32,000 bases of DNA. Origin: Haloquadratum walsbyi C23. Lineage in GTDB: Archaea > Halobacteriota > Halobacteria > Halobacteriales > Haloferacaceae. The translations under genes were made by a program, and so were the position numbers. A model generated the notes under the pieces. It ran no database searches. It was not told the DNA's origin and saw only the letters and a program-made list of their open reading frames with translations. The first letter of the stretch is position 1; each line of letters opens with the position of its first letter. This document shows positions 24,656 through 32,000 of the stretch, in pieces. The stretch is from positions 720,001-752,000 of the forward strand of contig NC_017459.1 of the NCBI RefSeq assembly GCF_000237865.1. The letters run 5' to 3'.

Positions 24656-25759
24656 CTAGTCGTCGCTTGGTGGTTCGATTGCGTCTGCTTCAGCGTCCAC
24701 TTCAGCAGTAGCATCTGGTGCTGGTGCTTCAATCGGCGGTGCTTGTGCCTCCTCGAATGATGCGGCTGCGTTTTGAACGCGATCACTTACACCTGGAACC
24801 TCTGTTTCTGTGACCGGACCCTCAGCACGGATTTCTTCAAGATCGCGAGGGAATTCACGAAGTTGATAATGGATATCAATTCCTGCTTGCGCGCCTTTGC
24901 CCATCGCAACAGGAATCTGGTTGTGCCCATCAGTAATATCACCGACTGCATACACACCATCAACGGTTGTTTCCATGCTTTCATCGACAATGACCGTTCC
25001 ATCATCGTCGAGTTCACACCCAAGCGTTTCGAATAAGGCGGTATTATAATTTGAGCCATACATCGCGAATCCACCGCGATACTGACGGATACTTCCATCC
25101 TCGAATTCGAATGACTCTAACCATCCATTATCGCTTTTATTCATCCCATCAATATCGGATTCAACAATATCAATTGGATGCGCCCGCAGTTGTTCGTCAG
25201 TTTTATCACTCCATTCTGGCTCATCACCGCGGAGCAACACGTCGACATCATCGGTGAAATTCAGCATAATCATCGCAACATGTGCAGTTGCCTCACCCGT
25301 GCCCATCACATAGACCGGTCGATCAACAAACATGTATGCATCACAGTGCAGACAGTAATGCAGCCCTTTGCCTGTACGTGGCACTGGTGGGTCTGGGTGT
25401 TTATCACTGAATCCAACACCAAGGACAATGCGGTCAGCACGGAATGCATTCGAGCTCCCCTCAAGATAGAACCGACCATCATCAGTCCGTTCAATATCAG
25501 TAATGAGATCACGAATCACATCTCCACCATATGATTCGACTTGTTCAGTCCCAGTCGCAAGGAATTCATTACCCGAGGTATCCTCGGTGACACCGATGAC
25601 ATTGTGAGTATCGAGCATCATTGCTGCACGACCACCACCACGGTCAACAAGTGCAGTGTCATGCCCTAATCGCGTCGTGTACAGTGCCGATTGGAGACCT
25701 GCGGGTCCGCCTCCAACCACGACAACCTCATAATCGGCTACGGTATCAGTGTCGCTCAT
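24656..25759 (-). CDS. thioredoxin-reductase-like FAD-dependent pyridine-nucleotide-disulfide oxidoreductase with an acidic/Ala-Pro C-terminal tail
   Basis: The FAD site is YEVVVVGGGPAGLQSALY, the redox CxxC-D is YCLHCDAY, and the C-terminal FAD motif is VYAVGDITDG. The second dinucleotide site is degenerate (VMGTGEATAH ... VLLRGDEPEW). Confidence 0.85.
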   Translation of the reverse strand: MSDTDTVADYEVVVVGGGPAGLQSALYTTRLGHDTALVDRGGGRAAMMLDTHNVIGVTEDTSGNEFLATGTEQVESYGGDVIRDLITDIERTDDGRFYLEGSSNAFRADRIVLGVGFSDKHPDPPVPRTGKGLHYCLHCDAYMFVDRPVYVMGTGEATAHVAMIMLNFTDDVDVLLRGDEPEWSDKTDEQLRAHPIDIVESDIDGMNKSDNGWLESFEFEDGSIRQYRGGFAMYGSNYNTALFETLGCELDDDGTVIVDESMETTVDGVYAVGDITDGHNQIPVAMGKGAQAGIDIHYQLREFPRDLEEIRAEGPVTETEVPGVSDRVQNAAASFEEAQAPPIEAPAPDATAEVDAEADAIEPPSDD

Positions 25760-25852
25760 TCACTTTATTATATGAACCGGACGGACTTAAACGCAGAGCA
25801 TGTGTGTGCCATCTATACAATGACGACCGATGTTATCTGCTGAGACCTTGCT

Positions 25853-27451
25853 CTATTCTGATATATCCTCATCGTTTGCTCTGTTATCCACATCATCAAT
25901 AGATTCTGTTCCTGTCTCTGATTCCTCTTTAGCCTCTGAGATGTCATCTTCGACATCATCTGTAAATCTCGGCTTCTCGCTTGAGGAATCTTGACTCTGC
26001 TGTGATGCTTCAGTGGATGATGATATGCTGTCGTGTGAGTGTCCATCATCATCATTAGTATCATTATTTATACTGCTATTGTCCTGATCATGCTCTTCAG
26101 TACTATTTTTTTCAGTATCATTATCGCCACGCCATTGATTCCAGCGTGATCGAATTGAAGTAAATATTCCACTTTCAGCTTCAGTCTCGGCTTCACCCTT
26201 ATCTATATCTTCATCGCTTGTGTCTGGGGTATCTACCGTGCTGACGCTACTATCATCAGACACGTTAGTCGGGATAGTAGTGTTTTCTTGATTCTCGGGT
26301 TCCGGTCGAGAGGGCTGAGGCGGGTCATCATCGGTAGTTTCCTCATCGATGGTGGCTTTATTATATGCGTGTATCGGTGGCCAGCAGACGTAATTATACT
26401 GTTGACCTGGCGTCGTGTAGCAGTCTTGTGTTGGGTCATACAGCACGCGTCCACCGGTGTCTGCGGCGACGTCGACAAGATCAACCAATGTTTGTAGCTC
26501 AACAATGTCACTTCCATCCGGGTCGATTGAGTCCGGGAGTGTTCCATGTGAGAGCCACTCATCGTATACATCTCTTGAGACTGCATCAAGTTCGTCATCT
26601 GTTGGTGCAATTAATCTTCGATATCGCGCAAATCCAAATGACAGAGCAAAGATAACGCCACTCCCAGTGAGTGCTGGCCCACCGATTCGTCTCAGTGCTG
26701 AGTATTCTCGTTGCACTTGAATTGTCTGTGTCCGAGTTGTACTGTTCGTCAGTTCACCGGGATCACTGACTCGAAATGCGTCGCCCTCAGGAATAAGTCG
26801 AAGATCATCAGTGTATTGTCTATCGATCACACGACCGTTTACTTCACCGGTAATCTGCGTGTTTGCGCGCACAATCACAACTGGCTCACCTGGTACATCA
26901 CCAAATGTTTCCTCAACCTGTTCAATTTGGAGACGCGTTTGATTGATGTTAAACTGATACTCAACGGTTGTTGTTGCACCTGGGGTGACATCGGTAACAG
27001 TCGTTTCGCTGAGTGCGCTTGAGGATCCCCAAAGAACTGTTTGATCGCTTCGACCCTGCACAAGTAATTGCAGCTCAGTCTGTACTTCCGTTGATCCTCC
27101 GGAGCTGGCATCATAACTTACATCATACTCTCCTGAGACGACACGTTGGATCCGTGGAAAGTACGCACGCTGTTCAGATAACCGTCTTCCAACATCATAA
27201 ACTGGATTTTCACCTGTCACTGTCGCTCCATGTGCGAATGTCGCTGTTCGTGACCATGTTGAGACCGTCCGCTGCTCTTCGGCTACACCAGGCTCAACAT
27301 GTGTCGTGTAGGTGAGGTATCCGCCGACAGCAGCGATAATTAAAAACAAGAGAATAACGACCGCTGCATTTTCTGCCAGTGTATGACGAATTCGAATTAT
27401 TGAGACAGACTCTTCCTGTCCGTTACTCTCATCTGGCGACTGCTTACTCAC
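25853..27451 (-). CDS. two-TM membrane protein (DUF5305-like by recollection) with an extracytoplasmic beta-rich domain, a cytoplasmic domain and a roughly 165-aa acidic disordered tail
   Basis: The GTG start (27449-27451) overlaps the stop of the upstream signal peptidase (TGA 27448-27450). TM1 is AAVVILLFLIIAAVGGYLTY and TM2 is IGGPALTGSGVIFALSFGFA followed by RYRR. The tail is encoded at 25853 to about 26350. Confidence 0.7.
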   Translation of the reverse strand: MSKQSPDESNGQEESVSIIRIRHTLAENAAVVILLFLIIAAVGGYLTYTTHVEPGVAEEQRTVSTWSRTATFAHGATVTGENPVYDVGRRLSEQRAYFPRIQRVVSGEYDVSYDASSGGSTEVQTELQLLVQGRSDQTVLWGSSSALSETTVTDVTPGATTTVEYQFNINQTRLQIEQVEETFGDVPGEPVVIVRANTQITGEVNGRVIDRQYTDDLRLIPEGDAFRVSDPGELTNSTTRTQTIQVQREYSALRRIGGPALTGSGVIFALSFGFARYRRLIAPTDDELDAVSRDVYDEWLSHGTLPDSIDPDGSDIVELQTLVDLVDVAADTGGRVLYDPTQDCYTTPGQQYNYVCWPPIHAYNKATIDEETTDDDPPQPSRPEPENQENTTIPTNVSDDSSVSTVDTPDTSDEDIDKGEAETEAESGIFTSIRSRWNQWRGDNDTEKNSTEEHDQDNSSINNDTNDDDGHSHDSISSSTEASQQSQDSSSEKPRFTDDVEDDISEAKEESETGTESIDDVDNRANDEDISE

Positions 27452-28566
27452 CGTCGTCCTCCAAGTTGCTCAAAGATTCCATTCTGTGCGCCTGCTCGAT
27501 CACGGAGCCGTCGCCTGCCGGTAAATAACTGTGCAGCGGCGAGAGTTGGAATGGCAAGCAATGTATCAATCAGTACAACGGGAGCGAGTGGATGAATTGC
27601 GTACATAGATTCAATAACTGTTACTGGAAGCACAAGCGGGAATCGCTTTTCTGAGACATATCGTCGATACGAACCGGTATCTGGAGGCACAGAGAGGCGT
27701 ACAGTTGCATTTGTTACATTCCCAGGAGTGACGACACCAGACCCATTCTTCACCGCAACACCGTCGCTAGCTGGTTCGACATAGTATTTGATCGGAACGA
27801 ATGAACCCCCGGGAACCTGATATGTTGTTGACTCTGACTCACCAGCGGGAATCACACCTGGTCCAGGAAGGTTTGATTGTGCGCTCACAACTCGATACTC
27901 TGTTGGTCCGAGTGGAAAAAGCATACTTGCAGTGGCAGCAAGAATCACAATCCCGCCGGTAAGGAGTACGATTCGCTTTGGAGTTAACAGCGGTGTATCG
28001 CTGTTGTGTCCTGCATCCCGGTCAGTGACGTTAGTACGCCCGCGTGGACCTGCATCCTCGTCAGTAAGCGCTAGAATAACAACGAGAGTGACCGCACCAC
28101 CGATTACAAATCGTCGCGGGACAATCCTCAACAATTGTTGAATTGCATCACGAATCAGTATGACCCCCGTGCCAAGTTCAGGAAGCATTACGACCGTTCC
28201 GCCTAATTGAAGCACAACAGCGACGATTTGTGGCGACTTGACGGGGGGTTCCCCACCTGATTGATCTGTGAAGGGATTTGCATCACCTTGCGTGATATAG
28301 CCGCGAGCTGTCTCGTCAACAATCCGGTGGGTCGTCAGACCACCGCCATTCACCTGTTGTGCACGATACACAACAACATCACCGACATTTGGTTGTCCAG
28401 CGACCGATGGGGGAATCGCGATGAATCCATCACCCGGTGCGAGTGCTGGTTGCATACTGCCCGTCCGAACAAACCCGAGTAATAGCGGTTGATCAATAAT
28501 TTGTCCAGCTAATAGCAGTGCTAAAATACCGATTACGCCGAGTTCAAACCAGCGGTCAACATTCAT
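27448..28566 (-). CDS. S26-family signal peptidase I of the archaeal/ER (Sec11/SipW) type, long form with three extra TM segments and an extra extracytoplasmic domain
   Basis: An N-terminal TM is followed by the catalytic boxes TGSMQPAL (Ser), GDVVVY, LTTHRIV (His) and ITQGDANPFTD. A further roughly 220 aa C-terminal extension follows. The upstream 52 nt are A/T-rich (TTTTATTTCTATACT on the coding strand), so the gene probably has its own promoter. Confidence 0.85.
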   Translation of the reverse strand: MNVDRWFELGVIGILALLLAGQIIDQPLLLGFVRTGSMQPALAPGDGFIAIPPSVAGQPNVGDVVVYRAQQVNGGGLTTHRIVDETARGYITQGDANPFTDQSGGEPPVKSPQIVAVVLQLGGTVVMLPELGTGVILIRDAIQQLLRIVPRRFVIGGAVTLVVILALTDEDAGPRGRTNVTDRDAGHNSDTPLLTPKRIVLLTGGIVILAATASMLFPLGPTEYRVVSAQSNLPGPGVIPAGESESTTYQVPGGSFVPIKYYVEPASDGVAVKNGSGVVTPGNVTNATVRLSVPPDTGSYRRYVSEKRFPLVLPVTVIESMYAIHPLAPVVLIDTLLAIPTLAAAQLFTGRRRLRDRAGAQNGIFEQLGGRR

Positions 28567-28618
28567 CTGCTATTTTGATATTGAGTATAGAAATAAAACA
28601 TAATAATATTCATATCAC

Positions 28619-31600
28619 TCATGATGACCGTCGATGAAAGACGAGAGCGGCTATCAGTACTGCGAGGACCGCCACCATCACGCCAAATCCAGGTATGCCA
28701 CCCGGTGTTGAGGTTGGTGTCTCTGTCTCCGTTGTAGTTGGTGTCTCATCAGGTGCTGGCGTCGGCGTTTGTGTTGGTGTCGGCGTTGGCGTCGGCGTTG
28801 GTGTCACTTGCTGTCCTGGTTTTGGCACCGTCACTGCAAATACCGAGAAGCCAGGTGTGTTTGCCTCAAGAACGACCTCATCTGCGGTCACGTCTGCAAC
28901 ACTCGTTTGAAGCACCGTATACTGTCCATTATCAAATCGCTCAACCTGTAAATCGCCTGGTGCTGCCCGGGTATCTTGGACGAGATCTCGGTCAACAGCA
29001 ATTCTCACCGTTGCTGGTTGGTTTTCAGCAGCATCAGGTACAGTCACATCAACTGCGGTGAGCGGAGTTGCTCGCTGCTGTGGATAATTTGTGTCCGCAG
29101 GTGGATCATCGAGTGCAGTAACACTGACAGTGCCGACCGCTTGCTGGTTGAAGTCGATGCCGACCGACCGCACTTGATCATTTTTCTGCCCAATATCAGT
29201 GATAGACACAGTCTGTGAGACTGCTTGGCGTTGAACACCTCCAAGTTGATTTGGATTTGCCAATCCAGAGACGCCGAATCCACCTCCGCCTCCGCCACCA
29301 CCGCCGGCAGCGTCGTCATCATCATCCTCAGGCGGTTCAGGAGCGGCATTGACATCAACTGTATCACTTCTTGTTGCGCCGCTGTCGGTGGCGACAACAG
29401 TAACAGAAACATCGTCTGAATCCGCAAGTGATGCTTGTGGGCTGTGAGTCAATGTAACTGAACTAGTTCCCTGCCCTGGCACGGACACGCCAGTCTCAGT
29501 GGCAACCGGTCGCCCATTGAAATCTAACCGGACATCTGTCGTCCCATCTGATTGACCACTGTTATTTATTGTTGCATCGACCGAGAGCGTTTGATCGGTT
29601 CGCACACTATTGCCGACATTGATGCTCTCAACACCAATCGACGGTGGTGTCTGAGCATTCACATTGTTTGGACTCACCACGTTGTTTTCTGTTCTCACAG
29701 TAAGACTTAGGGAACTCCCAGCGTCAGCGGGTTCTACTTGATACTCTAGGGTGTCCAATTGAGCGAATGACGCAGTGTCTACTGTTCCATTTTCGCCGAG
29801 TTGGAACTGCGCTGTCTCATCCTCCTTTTGTCCGTCAACGAATAGCTCTATTCGCTGATTATTCGTTGCACCGCTCGTTCCGCCCGTGTTCTCAACAGCA
29901 ACATCGACGGAGATTGTCTCTCCAACAGTGACCGGATCACTGACACTCGTACTCCCTGTTGGACTTGTGATCTCATAATCTGCGGGTATCTTTGGGTTCC
30001 CCCTGAACGGCTGAACTGTCACTGGCGATAGGATCTCACTAGACAGCGGACCGGATGGTCGACCCCACCAATTTTCAGTTGCATCAACCGTTGTCACGGC
30101 GCCGCCAGGGCGGTCAGCATCAATAGCGACATTATTATTCTCAATATTACTCTGCGTGAAAGCGTGCTTTCCGGTGTTGGTAAAGAAGCCATTCTCGCTT
30201 CGAAGGACATTCAGCCGTTCTGCGGTCAGATTTGATGCGTCGCCTGTTGCGTTGATCGCGAATGTGGTATCAGCAATCTGTGTGTCAAGCACACTGACAT
30301 CAGCGGTTGTCACGTTTATGCCTTCTCTGACTGACTGAATCTGACTGAAACTCACAGTGACATCGTCAGCATTGATATCAATACCAGTCGTTGTTTGACC
30401 AGTTGCGTTGTCAATCTGCACATCAGTGATGGTTGACGTCTCCACAGCTTGCACTGCAGTTGAGGAGCCTCTGACAGTCAAACTGTCAATGAGTGTACCG
30501 CCGGCGCCGGCAGATATATCGACGGTTGCATCACTACTACTGCCCTCAGGAGCAGTGACAACTGCTCCATCACTTCGAATGGCGACTTCTTTATCAATGC
30601 TCAATGTTTCCCGATAGGTTTCTGCTGCAACTTGGACGGAGCCACCTGTGTCGGCGGCGTTGATCCCACTCGTGATCGTCCCGAAGTCGGTTTCTGTGCG
30701 TGTCGATGTTGTTTGGTTTGCTGAGGTCGCGGTGAGTTCGGTTGTGAAGTTACCTGCTCGGGATTCACCAGTTACATCGAGTGATAATGTCTCAGTTGTA
30801 CTCCCACCAGGATCAAGGGTTACCTGTTGTGCTGTTGTGTCAATCGTCTCGTCATCAAGAGTGAGATTGAGTTCAATTGTCTGTGTTGCTGTGCCCTGAC
30901 CGGTGTTCTCGACAGCAATATCAACTTCGTCGGATGTTGCACTCCCTGCGATTGGTGTTGGGATGTTCGAAATATCAACAGTGAACCGTGGCGGTGCTGG
31001 TTCGCGGACGACAATTAATCCCGAGACGCTGTCGTCTGCACTGCTGACAGTCACCGCCCGATCACCGACAAGAAGCGCAGTCGCCGGCACAGTAGTCGAC
31101 ACCGTCTGTGTCTCATTCCCATCGAGCGTGACATCTGATGTCGAACGAGTCGTTCCACCGATGGTTATCGACACTGTTTGTGATCCTTCAACATCTCCGA
31201 TATTGGTGACATCTGCGGTGACAGTTACTGACTGACCCTCGCTTCGGAATACATCGTCGGGTACAGACAGATTTGACATGCGGAATAGTGGCTCATCCGG
31301 TGCCTCAATAACTGTGACTGTTCGTTGCGCTGTCTCATCACCGGTCGTAACTGTGATTGTCTGATCACCAACTGTACTCACAGTCGCTTCGAGGGTTATT
31401 TCGGCACGTTCGCCGCCGTCAAGTGTTAGTTGTCTACTCGTCGCTTCATCGTCATTCACTTCGAGTGCAACCTCTCGGTCAGTTGCTGTACCATCACCCG
31501 TATTCTCGACAATGGTATCCACCTGTAGTCTGTTCCCTTCTATGACTGGTGAGTTTGTATCATCAATCTGCACCGCGATATTGGCTGGTTCGCGGATTGT

Positions 31601-32000
31601 CGTAGATGCTTCTTGCGCGTCATTATCTGTGTTTACTCTGAGCTGTTGTGTCCCAGCATCAATAATTTCGCCCGCTCCTGTTGGCGCAGTTAATGTCACC
31701 GTTTCAGTACTACCGCCAATCACTTGCACGGATTGCTGTGTAAGGTCTTGTCCATCAGCAGAGAGTACAATATCTTGCGTTGCTGTCCACCCCCCCAGTG
31801 TTTGTGATAGTGATATCAACACTGAGGTCGTTTCCAGCAATAGGACCAGGATTACTCGGACTCGGTGTCACACTGTCGATGCTAAATGTCGCAGGCTCTC
31901 GCAGATCAATTGACTTCTGCTCAGTATCACTGTATGTTTGCAGCGTTGTACTCTGACCTCCGGCTGCTAGCGTATTGATTGATGTTTCAAACGTAAGCGT
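28619..32000 (-). CDS. very large PGF-CTERM-anchored surface protein (six CARDB-like repeats, a central right-handed beta-helix, a PGF-pre-PGF-like domain and a Thr/Pro linker). It is interrupted by a +1 frameshift at 31790-31796, and the N-terminus lies beyond the window.
   Basis: The C-terminus reads TPTPTPTPTPTQTPTPAPDETPTTTETETPTSTPGGIPGFGVMVAVLAVLIAALVFHRRSS. The beta-helix runs ITSGINAADTGGSVQV...ATENWWGRPSGP (about 30050-30690). The repeats have the pattern REPA..F.V....P..G....V.V.NTG.GTAT. The tracked ORF starts at a TTG (31838-31840) with no signal peptide. The same repeat pattern continues upstream in another frame (32000-31758: ...REPATFSIDSVTPSPSNPGPIAGNDLSVDITITNTGG). Confidence 0.85.
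31790..31796 (-). repeat. C7 (G7 on the coding strand) homopolymer that coincides with the reading-frame break of the surface-protein gene
   Basis: Counted directly: ...gtccaCCCCCCCagtg... The upstream frame ends at TGA 31755-31757, and the downstream frame has a stop at 31868-31870. A G6 or G9 tract would fuse the frames as ...ITNTGG(G)WTATQDIVLSADGQ... Confidence 0.9.

Noticed and set aside
28695-28910. 71-aa plus-strand GVGVGV ORF
   Set aside because: It is the antisense reading of the Thr/Pro (ACNCCN) linker of the PGF-CTERM protein.
31838-31840. TTG as the genuine start of a 1,073-aa adhesin
   Set aside because: No signal peptide follows it (MLETTSVLISLSQ...). It falls in the middle of a repeat unit, and the same repeat continues upstream in the +1 frame.

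Overview
This 32-kb chromosomal stretch reads as a low-GC haloarchaeon with an acidic proteome. My inference is that it is Haloquadratum-like. The proteins are Asp/Glu/Thr-rich, a PGF-CTERM sorting signal is present, and several genes sit about 25 nt behind an A/T-rich TATA-like box, as in leaderless transcripts. I can support 25 protein-coding genes, one SRP (7S) RNA that a spurious ORF in the track hides, and one tRNA-Gly(UCC). Most of the content is housekeeping: metS, pykA, an NfeD protein, a CtaA-like/CtaB heme-O/A gene divergent from coxB, a JAMM protease overlapping a RibL-type FAD synthase, a RecJ-like DHH protein, a nitroreductase, a HEAT-repeat protein, a leaderless BtuF-fold protein divergent from dpsA, a two-subunit haloarchaeal-type thiolase and a TrxR-like flavoprotein. 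I saw no CRISPR array, transposase, integrase or recognisable defence gene. The best follow-up candidate is the minus-strand cell-surface module at 25.8-32.0 kb. It holds a protein of more than 1,100 aa with CARDB repeats, a beta-helix and a PGF-CTERM anchor, followed by an unusually long multi-TM S26 (Sec11/SipW-type) signal peptidase. That peptidase is translationally coupled to a two-TM DUF5305-like protein. The layout recalls a dedicated peptidase-plus-cargo operon. The adhesin gene is broken by a +1 frameshift inside a G7/C7 homopolymer at 31790-31796. Other items worth a second look are a doubly membrane-anchored lamin-tail/2xHKD PLD ecto-enzyme, a 1.07-kb stretch with no credible ORF that contains a 110-nt inverted-repeat-closed element, and hexanucleotide microsatellites. 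These microsatellites encode (X-Thr)n or acidic tails in many unrelated proteins and also occur as non-coding copies. All family assignments come from motif recognition by eye; no searches were run.
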